A DNA stretch of 64,000 bases from Octopus sinensis. Lineage: Eukaryota. The stretch is taken from the NCBI RefSeq assembly GCF_006345805.1, contig NC_043009.1, positions 7,130,001 to 7,194,000 on the forward strand. The letters are read 5' to 3'. Of the stretch, positions 1 through 11,812 are shown in pieces. Positions within the stretch are counted from its first letter, which is position 1. Each line of letters opens with the position of its first letter. The position numbers and the translations under genes are program-made. The notes beneath the pieces are model-generated. The model was not told where the DNA came from, ran no database searches, and saw only the letters and a list, made by a program, of their open reading frames with translations.

Positions 1-852
1 CGAGTAACGGTCTTCGGAATATCGATCTTTGCATTTGGCCTTTTCGTCGATCATTCTTGAACTTTTGCTGCTAATGGTTTTATTGTTGTTTTAGGTGTTG
101 TCGCTCTTGTTATTGTTGTAGTCGGTGTTGTTACGGTAGTAATAGCAGTACCGGTAGAAGTAGTAGTAGTAGTAGTAGTGGTTGACTTGTCATTGTGTGT
201 GTATAGTCTTTGCTAGTGTTGCCTTTACAAAGGTAGTTTATTCGGTAATTTTGCTTTCGTTGCTACCGATGTTGTTCGTGCGCCATATTAGTTGCTTCGT
301 GACAACAATGGTGTTAATGGTAGTAGTAACGTTGTTAATATCAATTATTAGTATTATTGTTAGTATGGTTAGTATTATTTTGATCATTGCTATTGCAAGA
401 CAGTTCTTCGATTATTGTTATTTTCCTTTGTGTTGCTGGTGTTGTTAGAAGTCGCATTGGTTATTTCCGTAGTAGTTCTCATTGTCGAAATTATTGCAGT
501 TCGCATTGTAAGTATTGTTGTTAATGCAACTGTTACGAAATAATTGTTTGGTTATTGTGCTCCGGTTTGTGTTGCCGTTGGCAGTAGTAGTTGTATTGGC
601 TGTTGTCAAGGTAGAGGCGGTGTAGGCGGTGATATTGTTGTGGTTACGATTTTCGTTACTTTGGTTGCAGTTTTGCTACTGTTGACGTTTGCACCGATGT
701 CTCTCTTAATATTCTGCTGTTAACAGATATTGCCAGTGTCTTCCATCTTAATTGTATTAGTTATAATAAAGCTGTTAAATTATTTGCGTGTTATGGTAGT
801 TGTAGTTACCATTCTGGTAATACTGGTGTTATCATTATTATTATTATTGTTG

Positions 853-879
<27 letters not shown>

Positions 880-884
<5 letters not shown>

Positions 885-2210
885 GAGCTGGCAGAAACGT
901 TAGCACGCCGGACGAAATGCATAGCAGTATTTTGTCTGCCGTTGCGTTCTGAGTTCAAATTCCGCCGAGGTCGACTTTGCCTTTTATCATTTCGGGGTCG
1001 ATAAATTAAGTACCAGTTACGCACTGGGGTCGATGTAATCGACTTAATCCGTTTGTCTGTCCTTGTTTGTCCCCTCTATGTTTAGCCCCTTGCGGGTAGT
1101 AAAGAAATAGGTATTTCGTCCGTCGCTCCGTTATGAATTCAAATTCCGTCGAGGTCAACTTTGCCTTGCATCCTTTGGGCTTCGATGTATTAAGTACCAG
1201 TGAAACACTGGAGTCGATGTAATCGTCTAGTCCCCTCCCAACAAACTTGAGGGCTTGTGCCTGCAGAAGAAAGGATTATTACTAGTGTTGGTAAGGCGGC
1301 GAGCTAGCAGAAATGTTAGCACGCCGGGCGAAATGCTTAGCGCTATTTCGTCTGCCGCTACGTTCTGAGTTCAAATTCCGCCGTGGTTGACTTTGCCTTT
1401 CATCCTTTTGGGGTCGATTAAATAAGTACCAGCTACGCACTGGGGTCGACATAATCGACTTAATCCGTTTGTCTGTCCTTGTTTGTCCTCTCTGTGTTTA
1501 GCACCTTGTGGGTAGTAAAGAAATAGGTATTTCACATGTCCTTATATTCTGAGTTCAAATTCCATCGTGATCGAGTTTGTTTTTCATCCTTTCGGAGTCG
1601 GTAAATTAAGTACCAGCTGCGTACTGAGGTTGATCTAATCGACTGGCCCCCTCCCCAAAAATTTCGGGCCTTGTGCCTAGAGTAGAAAAGAATAGTTATT
1701 ATGCTGGGCAAAATGCTTAGCGGTATTTCAGATGTCCCTATATTCTGAGTTCAAATTCCATCGTGATCGACTTTGCCTTTCATCCTTTCGGTGTCGATAA
1801 ATTAATACCAGTGAAATACTGTAGTTGATAGAACTGACTAGTCCCCTCACCCAAAATTTCAAGCCTATTATTTTTGTGGCTAAGGCGGTGAGCTGGCAGA
1901 AGTTTTAGCTCTCTAGTCGAAATGTTTAGCGGTATTTCGACTGTCGATATGTCCTGAATTCAAATTCTGCCGTGGTCGACTTTGCTTATCATTCTTTCGG
2001 GCTTGATAAATCAAGTACCAATTGCCTACTGGGATCGATCTAATCGACTGGCTCCCTCTCCCCCCCCCCCAAAAAAAAATGTCGGGCCTTGTGCCGAGAG
2101 TAGGAAAGAATCGTTAGCACGCCGGTGAAAATACATAGCATCATTTCGTCCGACTTTACGTTCTGAGCTCAAATTCTGAGTTCAACTCAAATTTCCCTGT
2201 CATCATTTTC
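880..2210 (+). mobile_element. Head-to-tail cluster of about 7 SINE-A monomers or partial monomers (tRNA-derived; central domain resembles the MetaSINE domain)
   Basis: Repeated head ggcgagctggcagaaacgttagcacgcc, B-box-like gagttcaaatt(c), and central gtcgactttgcctttcatcctttcggggtcgataaattaagtaccag. Two alternative 3' ends occur: ...gtagtaaagaaatagg and ...gtagaaaagatt. Confidence 0.9.
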
Positions 2211-2949
2211 GAAGCAATGATATAAATTAACAGTCATAACCGGTGTTGACTGATACTCTCACTCAACTTAAAATTAGCTGGCCATGTGACAAAGTTTGGA
2301 ACACCTAATGTTCTTTGGTATATTTATGTTCGATGTCACTGTTCGCTCACTGTTCAAGACGTCCACGTTAGTGTTGCTCCCTATGGAGGCACCTATTATT
2401 ATTTCGTTTTGTCAGTGAAAAACTGTAAACCTGACGGAGATATGGTTGCTAATTTCAGTTGTTCGAACTGCTACGTAGAGTCTCCATCGTTGTCTCGCTA
2501 TCTTCTAATAACGTTGTTTTAGCTACTGTCGTACATGGTGGATACAGTAAAGACGATATCATCTTTGTTATAATATCGGTCGTAGTGATGATGGTAGTGA
2601 TAGTGTCATTAATGCCATTGGGGTGGGGCGATGGTGTCGAAGACGTCATTGCTGCGTTGATGATGGTAGCGTCGATGGCGAAATTGAAACTGTTGTTACA
2701 GATATCTAACTCATTCATATTGCTCTTAGTCTGGTTGAACTATTATCGTTGTTGCTTTTATTTTAGCTTCATTCTTTGTTACATATGTTATTATTGCCGC
2801 TATTAATGTTGCTATTTCATTTGTTATCATTCTTGTTGCTAATCTTAGCCTCATTTTGTTATTAACGTTTTATGCTTTTGTTCTTTCAGTCTTCGTGACA
2901 TGGAAGCTGATATTTCAATTGTTATTGCTTCTGCTGTTGTTGCTGTTGA

Positions 2950-3314
2950 GCGAACGGTCTTCGTCCCAGAGATCGCAAGATGGGAGAAGTCCGAAACGTG
3001 GTCCTTTGCCATTCGTAAGACCCGCAGAAGAGAAAGCAAGTCAACCGCCGACACCAAGAGCATCGACGGATGGATGAATGCGCATCCAGGCTCAGCGGTT
3101 GCGTAGGAAGTCGGGGACAAGAAACAGGAAGAAAGAGTGAGAGAAAGTTGGGGCGAAAGAGTACAACAGGGGTCGCCACCACCTCCAGCCGGAGCCTCGT
3201 GGACCTTTAGGTGTTTTCGCTCAATAAACACACACAACGTCCGGTCTGGGAATCGAAACCGTGATCCTCCGACCGCGAGTCCGCTGCCCTAACCATTGGG
3301 CCATTGCGCCCCCA
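2950..3314 (-). mobile_element. SINE-C (tRNA-derived head) with tail variant alpha
   Basis: Reverse complement begins gtgggggcgcaatggcccaatggttagggcagcggactcgcgg...gtttcgattccc (A and B boxes). The same head occurs at 38405. Confidence 0.85.
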
Positions 3315-3367
3315 CTGCTTCTGCTGTAGTTTCCTTTTCTGAGTTCACATTTTGTTGTACATTTGTT

Positions 3368-3700
3368 ATTACCTCCGCCCTAGCGAGGGCGGAGGTATTG
3401 TTTCCAGTTGTGTTTGTTTATCCTTGGAGGAGATATCTCAAGAACCGCTGGATGAACCGTGACAGGCACGAATTGATTATAGTTTGGGATCGATCCGGTA
3501 CAGACAAGGATTCGGGATTATTTTTTCCGGTTGTTTTACTTAAATTTTGAGAAAGGTCGGGTTCATTTTTAGTATTCTCCTTTGTGAGAGCAGTCGAGTT
3601 TGTCTCAGATATTCTCATTTTAAAAATTCATCTCTGGCTAATCGTTGAAAGGACGTTGGTATTGCCTTGGCGGAAGTTTGTGCTCTCTGAGTGTTCTTGT
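3368..3700 (+). mobile_element. Non-autonomous Helentron-type (DINE-1/HINE-like) element
   Basis: Perfect 12-bp hairpin tacctccgccct-agcg-agggcggaggta (3370-3397), 3' subterminal inverted repeat ggcggaagt (3669-3677), then a ctc-t-gag mini-hairpin. Flanks are T-rich. Confidence 0.7.
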
Positions 3701-3915
3701 AGCTGTATTCAACTGATCCATTTGACGCTGTTGTTACTGTTGCTGGTGCTTCTATAACCGCCGTTCCATTCTTATTGTTCGATTAATCGCTTTGCTGCCA
3801 TTGTTTTTATTGTTGTTGTATTTCATTGTTTATTTTTATTTGCTTGTAAATAATTGTTGCTATGTTTGTTGCTGCTGTTGTTGTTGTTGTTGTTGTTGAT
3901 ATTTATGTTCGTCAT

Positions 3916-4760
3916 AAGACGGCGAGCTGGCAGAAACGTTAGCACGCCGGGCGAAATGCGTAGCCCTATTTCGTCTGACGTTACGTTCTGAGTTCAAATT
4001 CCACTGAGGGCGACTTTGCCTTTCATCCTTTCGGGGTCGATAAATTAAGTACCAGGTACGTACTGGGGGAGATCTAATCGACTGGCCTCTCCCCCTCCCC
4101 AAATTTCGGACCTTGTGCCTAGATTAGAAAAGATTCGTTAGCAGGCCGAGCAAGATGCTCAGCAGCATTTTGTCCGTCTCAACGTTCTGAGTTCAAATTC
4201 CACTGAAGTCGGCTGTGCTTTTCGTCCTTTCGTATCAATAAATTAAGTACCAGTTGAAAAATGGGGTCTATGTAATCGATTAGTTCCCTACATTGAAATG
4301 TTAAGCCTTGCACCTACAGTAGAAAAGAATATTTATGTTCGTCATGAAGCGGTGAGTTGGCAAGTTCATTCGCACGCCGAGGAAATCCTCGACAGCATTT
4401 CAGATTTAAAATTCCGGCCGAGGTGTGTCCCACCTTTCATCCTTACGGAGTCGATAAAAGAAGAGTCACTTGATGGGTGTGGTCGATGTAAATGACGTAT
4501 TCCTCTCACCCTGATATTACTGGCCCTGTGACAAAATTTGAAATCAATATTTATTTCCGTCATCAGGCGACGAACTGGCAGAATCGTTAGCACCCTTACA
4601 AAAGGCTTAGCGTCATTTTGCTCGTCTCGATCTTCTGAGTTCAAATTCAGATAAGGACTAGTTTATATTTCGTCACTTCGAGGTCGATAAAGTAACTACC
4701 CGTTAAGTAGTGGGGTGGATATAATCGGCCTACATTCTCCCCGCTCGAAATTACTGGTCC
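3916..4760 (+). mobile_element. Second cluster of about 4 SINE-A copies, progressively more diverged
   Basis: Heads at about 3916, 4135, 4345 and 4563, each with the gagttcaaattc and atcctttcg..gtcgataaa motifs. Confidence 0.85.
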
Positions 4761-5550
4761 TGTGCCAAAATTCGAAACCAATGTGTATGTTTGTCACACT
4801 ACCCTTCAGTCTGTTGCTATTGTCAACCACCTAGCAATTATTCCGATGCTATTGTTTATCTTCATGATGCTAATTACCTGGGCTGTTATTGCCTTTTGTC
4901 AAGCAGTTGTTTTCCTTGCTGTATTTCGAGTGTGTTGTTTATATTGTTGTTCATGTTGCAGTTGATGTAGCTACTGCTGTTATCCCTCTTACATATTTGC
5001 GTTATTATATTTTGTTGTTATTCCATTGCTGCAGGCGCAGTTGCTAATGCATTTGTCCTTGTAAATCTTTATTCTGCGACTAACACATCAATCCATCTTG
5101 TAATTGTTTCGGCGGGATCAATATGTCAAATTGCATTTGATATTATTACAGAGTGGTGTGATGTTGTGAGTGTGTTGTAATGTGGTGTAGAATGACGGTA
5201 AGTAAGAACGAAAGAACTAGACGCAGTAGAAGTGTTGTAGATGGCCAGAAACGTAAGAAAACCAGGAAAACAGATGAGACGAAACAGCATGGTTCTTCTT
5301 CATGTTTCCATTAAACATAGCAGTAATGGTCGCAGTGGAATCGTTGCTGTCGATGTCGTTTACTCGTAGAGGAGTAGAGCTATGTTCAATGCATTTTGGC
5401 CTTGAACAAATTGTATTTAGTTTATTCGGATATAAATCATGTACGATTTCCTTGATGGGTGTGTCCTTCTTTTCCAACAGGATGAAGTATGAACCATGGA
5501 TGATTAGGTTACTATATTTAGCAGTTTCATTGACTTCGTAGAAATCACTT

Positions 5551-5968
5551 ACTCTTTTACTCTTTTACTCTTTTACTTGTTTCAGTCATTTGACTGCGGC
5601 CATGCTGGAGCACCGCCTTTAGTCGAGGAGATCGACCCGGGGATTTATTCTTTGTAAGCCCAGTACTTATTCTATCGGTCTCTTATGCCGAGCCGCTAAG
5701 TGACGGGGACGTAAACACACCAGCATCGGTTGTCAAGCAATGCTAGGGGGACAAACACAGACACACAAACACATACACACATACACACATATATATACAT
5801 ATATACGACAGGCTTCTTTCAGTTTCCGTCTACCAAATCCCCTCACAAGGCAATGGTCGGCCCGGGGCTATAGCAGAAGACACTTACCTAAGATGCCACG
5901 CAGTGGGACTGAACCCGGAACCATGTGGTTGGTTAGCAAGCTACTTACCACGCAGCTACTCCTGCGCC
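5551..5968 (-). mobile_element. SINE-B, full length (tRNA-derived head, central TA/TG microsatellite, AAAGAGT tail repeat)
   Basis: Reverse complement starts ggcgcaggagtagctgcgtggtaagtagc...ggttcagtccc and ends gaaacaagtaaaagagtaaaagagt. More than 10 homologous copies are in the window. Confidence 0.9.
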
Positions 5969-6074
5969 TATTATTACTAGATATTATTTGAAAATTTGGG
6001 AGGAAGTATTAAGAAGTGTTACTGTTGGTGATATTAGTGGCAGACGTGTAATTTCCGTTAAGTGCGTAGTAGCT

Positions 6075-6330
6075 GTGAAGTCGCGTGGCCTTGTGGTTAG
6101 GGCGCTGTACTTACGATCGCGAGGTCAAAGTTTCGATTCCTGAACAGGGCCGTATTTCGTGACTTTGAGCAAAACACTTTATTTTAAGTTGCTCTGCGAT
6201 CATTTCAACATCTGTCGTGTGTTTATACGCCTGGACATACACCTGGACAAACAGTGCCTATTTGAGGGCGGAAGTCAACTAATGTGCAACACAAACATTT
6301 GATCATTGTAAACAAAAAATCTGTGCAGGT
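6075..6330 (+). mobile_element. Diverged SINE-D (tRNA head plus CORE/V-like ttgagcaaaacactt segment) with a distinct tail
   Basis: tggccttgtggttagggcg...gtttcgattcctga...ctttgagcaaaacacttt; homologous to the head at 10191. Confidence 0.6.
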
Positions 6331-6766
6331 TGTTTCAGAGTAATTTGAGGAAAATTCATCTATCGTTTCCCATAGAAGATACCTCCGGCGTAGGGATTAT
6401 GGTACGGCATTTATAGTAATAACGGGTTCACTGGTTGTTTTGATATATAAATCATAGATTTGAGGTAGTGGTTGCATTTAATACCTATGGTTTTGTTGCA
6501 AATTATTTACAATGAGGATCGTGTGGTTGGTAATTTTGATAGTATTGACGGCTGTGTTTGGTCATGTAATAGACGTACTATGAAACATAGACTATTTGGC
6601 ATGAGATAGATGTTTGCGGTGTGGGAACAGTTGTTATCACTAGATTAGTGGTTGTTTTAATAAAAATGTTAACGCCATTTTCGGTCATGACTTTGCTACG
6701 AGTGAAATGGTTATAAGAACGTTGTTGATTCTTATAAGTACGGTCTTGGAAATGTAGTAAACCGTC

Positions 6767-6767
<1 letters not shown>

Positions 6768-6827
<60 letters not shown>

Positions 6828-6853
6828 GGTGGTAGTAGTAGTAGTAGTAGTGA

Positions 6854-6889
<36 letters not shown>

Positions 6890-6978
6890 TAGTAGTAGTA
6901 GTAGTAGTGGTAGTAATAGTAGTTATGGTGGTGGTAGTCGTACTAGTAGAAGCAGCAGCATTAGTAGTAGTAGTAGCT

Positions 6979-7031
<53 letters not shown>

Positions 7032-7076
7032 GGTGGTGGTGGTGGTGATACTACTACTAACACGACCATGCTGATG

Positions 7077-7107
<31 letters not shown>

Positions 7108-7795
7108 CAATAACAATGATAATGACGATGATGACGATGATGATGATAATATTGATGACAACGACGACGACGACGATGACGATGATGATGAGGAGGAGGA
7201 GGTGGAGGATCACTGTGATGATGTGGATGAAGATGATCACGATGACGACGACGACGATGATGATGATGATGATGATGATGATGACGATGATGATGATGAT
7301 GATGATGACGATGATGACGATGATGATGATGATGATGATGACGATGATGATGATGATGATGATGATGAAGATGATGATGTTGATGATGATATTAAGTGGC
7401 GTTGACAGAGATTTACTGAATAGATGCAGCAGCAGTTGTAGTAGCGACGCCAGTGCCGCGCTCAGCATGCAATTGGAGGGTGGAGGTGGGGGTGGGGTGG
7501 GGTGGATGTCGGATGTTGATGGCGATAATAGATGTGCGATAGCGCAGTTCGGTTTGTTGTGCAGTGTACGTGATGTCGCCGATAATGCAAGCGTCGGAGC
7601 TTGTGATGTGTCGCGCTTACTCGTAGGAATGGCGGTGGTTTGTGGAGGTGGTGGGTAGTGGTGGTGGTGGTGGTGGTGGTGGTGGTGGCCGTGGATTTGG
7701 TGTGGGGCTGCGGGGTGTTGGTGATGGTGGACATAGTTCTAGTTGCGGTGTATATGATATTATTTAGGTGCGTATATTGCTTGCTGATGAAGGTG

Positions 7796-7832
<37 letters not shown>

Positions 7833-7926
7833 TGTTGTAGTAGTATTAGTAGTTGTAGTTGTTGTAGTAGTAGTAGTAGTAGTAGTAGTAGCAGTAGTGG
7901 CAGCAGTAGCAGCAGCAGCAGTAACG

Positions 7927-7958
<32 letters not shown>

Positions 7959-8017
7959 TAGTAGTAGTAGTAGTAGTAGTAGCAGTAGTGGCAGCAGTAG
8001 CAGCAGCAGCAGTAACG

Positions 8018-8050
<33 letters not shown>

Positions 8051-8260
8051 TAGTAGTAGTAGTAGTTCTGATGGTGTGGAGGTTGGGAGGAATATGGTGA
8101 TGATGATGACGTTGATTATGGAGGAGGATGAAGAAGAAGAAGAAGAAGAAGAAGAAGAAGAGGGGGAGGAGGAGGGGAGGAGTAGGAGGAAGAGCATGGT
8201 GATGGCGACGACGACGACGACGACGACGATGATGATGATGATGATGATGACGGAACGGAA
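6768..8260. repeat. Compound triplet microsatellite: (GTA)n/(GCA)n, (GAT)n/(GAC)n, (GGT)n, (GTA)n, (GAA)n/(GAG)n
   Basis: Directly visible. It produces the poly-V, poly-M, poly-D and poly-I ORFs at 6817-7658. Confidence 0.95.
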
Positions 8261-9019
8261 CGTCGTGTAATCGCGGTGTATCTTATTGTGGTACGCTGTT
8301 GTAGATTTTGTCGTGGTAGTTGGTGCTGACAAATATCGTTGTGCCAGTGGTGGTGGTGTTGATGGTGGTGGTGGTGGTGATGGTGGTGGCGTTGGTAGTA
8401 GCGCTAGTTGTGGTGGAGCTGATGTAGCTGGTCCTATTGGTGGTGATGGTGGTTGTAGTTTTGGTTTTGGAGTCGGCGCTGGTAATGGTGGTGTGGGGCA
8501 GACGGTGGTGGTGGTGGTAGATGTGGAGGCGCTGGTGTTGGTGGTGGAAGTGGCGGCGGCAGCGGCTACGGCGGCGACAGTGGTGGTGGTGGTGACTGTA
8601 CTGGTAATGGCGATAGGTTTTTGGTTAAAACAGCAAAAAGAAAAAAAAATAACACCAAGTAAAGGAAAAATGAAGAAGGAGAAAAAGAAAAAGAAAAAAA
8701 CGAACCGAAAAAGTAAAATGAAAGAAGAGAGATTAATTTTAAAGCAAGCATTTTCTTCTTGCTGCCAACACATACACGCACCTTAACTTGCAAGGAATTC
8801 AATTATTGACTGGTATTGATTTGATTAGGAGAGCCTGAAACATATATAACGTTCTCTCGTTGTATTCAATTCTGTTGTGAGATACTCTCACGCGTTGTTG
8901 TTTTCAGCGATGCTCATTCCTGTTGTTTTCTGTTTCGTTTTCCGCCATTTTTATTCATTACGATATTTGGTCCTTGTATATGTGCGCATGTGTATGTATG
9001 AAAGTCTGCCTGTCTGTCT

Positions 9020-9244
9020 GTACGTACGTATGTATGTATGTATGTATGTATGTATGTATGTATGAGTGTGTGTATGAGTGTGTGTATATGGGTTTTGTTT
9101 CGTCTCCAGTTTATGTATGTATATATATATTATATATATATATATACATATATGCATGTACGTGTATGTACGTACTTTTGCATGTACATATGTAATTATG
9201 TTGTGAATGTATGCATCAACGTATGTATATCTGCATATATGTAC

Positions 9245-9297
<53 letters not shown>

Positions 9298-9329
9298 GTG
9301 CGTGTGTGTGTGTATATATATATATATAT

Positions 9330-9392
<63 letters not shown>

Positions 9393-9450
9393 TGTATACA
9401 AACACACACACAAACATATATATATATATATATGTATATATATATCTACA
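9020..9450. repeat. (TATG)n/(TA)n microsatellite complex
   Basis: Directly visible. Confidence 0.95.
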
Positions 9451-9726
9451 CACCATATAATATGTATGTACTTGTGTGTATGCATCAATGTGACTATATC
9501 TATGTACGCATGTGTGTGTGTCTATATATATGTAAGTATCTATGTTTGGATGTTTATCTATGTATGCGTGTAGATTTTTTTCTTTTTTCGCCATTACGTT
9601 TACTTCACTTTTATTCTTTCCATTTTATTTTTTTTTCTTCCTATGGTTAATTATTTTTGCCTTGTGCTTATTCTGTATGTCGGTTCTGTACTTGTCCGTT
9701 TGTTTGTTTTTTTGTGGTCATTTAAT

Positions 9727-9766
<40 letters not shown>

Positions 9767-10095
9767 AAAATATATCTGTATTTTATTACGGCCGATCCGC
9801 TGATTAGTGCAGCGAGCCACAGGTCTCTGAAATAAGAGTGACCTGCTCTCTTGTCAGTTCGTAGCAACTCCCTCTCCAATGTTCGATGCTGAAGAAGAAG
9901 TAAATGGTACGAAATGCACGCATCAGTCGATCTCGGTATGGGGGTCTCTGAACTGACTTGCTTGCACATAATGACAAAATGCAGTTAATGACATTCTTAC
10001 GGATTCGAATAAGTCTTGAGGGTGTTTAAACTGGTAAGTTTTCTATATGTAAACATCGCTGCTTAGCCATTCTAATCCGTATGTGTATGTAGTTG

Positions 10096-10134
<39 letters not shown>

Positions 10135-10190
10135 GTGTTTGTGTGTGTGTGGGGGGGTGTTCATATATATATATACACACACATTTTATG

Positions 10191-10432
10191 TGGAGGCGCG
10201 GGGCTTTGTGGTGTCAGCACCATGATCGTAAGATTGTGGTTTCGATTCCTGGACCTGGCGACGAGTTGGGTTCTTGAGAAAAAACACTTCATTTCACGTT
10301 GCTCCAGTCCACTCAGCAGGCAAAATTGAGTAATGCTGCGATGGACTGGCGTCCCTCCGGCTGGGGAACACATACGCCATTCAAACCGGGAAACCGGGCC
10401 CATGAGACTGGCTAAGCTTTAAAAGGGCGCAT
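10191..10432 (+). mobile_element. SINE-D with tail variant beta
   Basis: tggaggcgcg...gtttcgattcctgga...cacttcatttcacgttgctccagtccactcag...ctgcgatggactggcgtccc...gaaaccgggcccatgag. Confidence 0.8.
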
Positions 10433-11200
10433 TTATTTATTATATACATTTTATGTGTATATATATTGTTGCGTTTGGAGAGAGTCATTGTTTTTAGTAC
10501 CTTATTATTTAACACACACACCGATGAATTTTCCACTCATTTACTTATTTATTTTTCCTAAAATTTTCTTTGCGGCTTGTAACCTTTTCAATAGTCGTTG
10601 ATTGTGTCCGTCATCTGAGCAGCGTTCTTTTTGACTGTTTGTGCGCATGCGTGTAGGTCAGTGCGCGTGCGCATACACATATTTATGTCTGCATGAATGT
10701 ATGTATGCATGAATGTACATATGGGTGTGTGCATGTATGTATGTACACTTGTATGTATGTATGTATCCTGCATATTCATGTGCTTGTGTGTTCGTGCTTG
10801 CGTGTTTGAATGTGTGTATTTGTGTGTGTGTGTGTGTGTGTATGTGTGTGGTGTGTATGTGTCTTGCATGTACCTCTGTGTCCTCGTGTGTGCATGTCTG
10901 AGTGTCTCTGTTCATGGGTTTGTGACTATGCACTCTGTCTGTTATATATGGATGTCTCTCTCTAAATGTGTCCTTGTGTGAAGTGAAGTGTGTATGTGTG
11001 TATATGGTCACGAGCTTTAGTTTTTAGTTGCATATGTGTGTACGTGTGCTTGTCTGTTCATATTACCTATGTACCTACCTGACTGTATGTATATCTGTTC
11101 ACATTCATATCCATTTACCTACATAATATGCATATACATATACATATATACACACACAAATGCATACATCTACATAGTAGTCCACTAACTTTTCTACCTG

Positions 11201-11270
<70 letters not shown>

Positions 11271-11316
11271 TATAAACTGTGGGTATAGTGGTATGACTAC
11301 CTACAACGTATATTTC

Positions 11317-11812
11317 CTACCTAGTACTGGGGATTTTGCATTTATAAGGACCTACTTCTCTATTAGTTGGATCCTTCATTTCCTTGAATAAAATGGGGAT
11401 GTCAAGTTGACCCAGGCCGCCTCCATGTTGGTCCTGGACATGTTGGTAGAGTATGGAGGGCTGTTTTTTGTCGTCATATTGTCTCAATTGTCCATTTAGT
11501 CTTTCCGCAATGCTCTTAAATGTTTCCCATGTGTATGTCATGTACTTGTCTTCACAAGCGCCGTCTATGCACCTTATGCCGTAGACTACATTTCTAGTTC
11601 TAGAGTTAATGTGAGGGTTAATCTAACATACTCTGCAGTTATGGTGCATATGCTATTCTCAAATGTATACGTCCTACATAGTTGTCATCTGGCTTTTCAG
11701 CGACCTTCATATTAAGTTTGGCCTCCTTCAAATCTTTCGTAAATCTACGGGCTAGCTCTCCATGGGATGTGGCTTCTACAAACATGACTCCTTGATATTT
11801 GTCAGTCTTGTA
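11317..11812 (-). mobile_element. Penelope-like element (Neptune-type) fragment: linker plus GIY-YIG endonuclease, degenerate
   Basis: Minus-strand translation gives YKTDKYQGVMFVEATSHGELARRFTKDLKEAKLNMKVAEK, then CRVC*INPHINSRTRNVVYGIRCIDGACEDKYMTYTWETFKSIAERL...SILYQHVQDQHGG. This matches the PLE CxxC...NVVY.I.C..C...Y.GET...ER pattern, with stops and a frameshift. Confidence 0.8.

Larger units (their letters stand above)
1..6767. repeat. Decayed trinucleotide (GTT/GTA/ATT/GCT/GAT) low-complexity background, G/T-rich on +, interrupted by SINEs
   Basis: Runs such as gttgttgtt, gtagtagta and attattatt grade into imperfect period-3 sequence. ORFs here (182-448, 2459-2806, 4762-4965) are V/I/L-rich by-products. 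Confidence 0.7.

Noticed and set aside
1-800. Thr-rich minus-strand peptide TTTTSTGTAITTVTTPTTT, suggesting a mucin
   Set aside because: The frame is closed by stops within about 60 codons, and neighbouring frames are also interrupted.
880-4760. Regularly recurring motifs resembling a CRISPR or repeat-spacer array
   Set aside because: The units are 150-230-bp SINE monomers with homologous interiors, not short repeats with unique spacers, and the context is eukaryotic.
6817-7658. Long poly-V, poly-M, poly-D and poly-I ORFs
   Set aside because: They are translations of (GTA)n and (GAT)n arrays, open in several frames and on both strands, with no domain or splice support.
7958-8786. Pro/Thr-rich 271-aa minus ORF and Gly-rich 166-aa plus ORF, resembling a formin or mucin segment
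   Set aside because: Both are built from decayed (GGT/ACC)n and run into pure microsatellite. Mirror ORFs on both strands are typical of triplet repeats.
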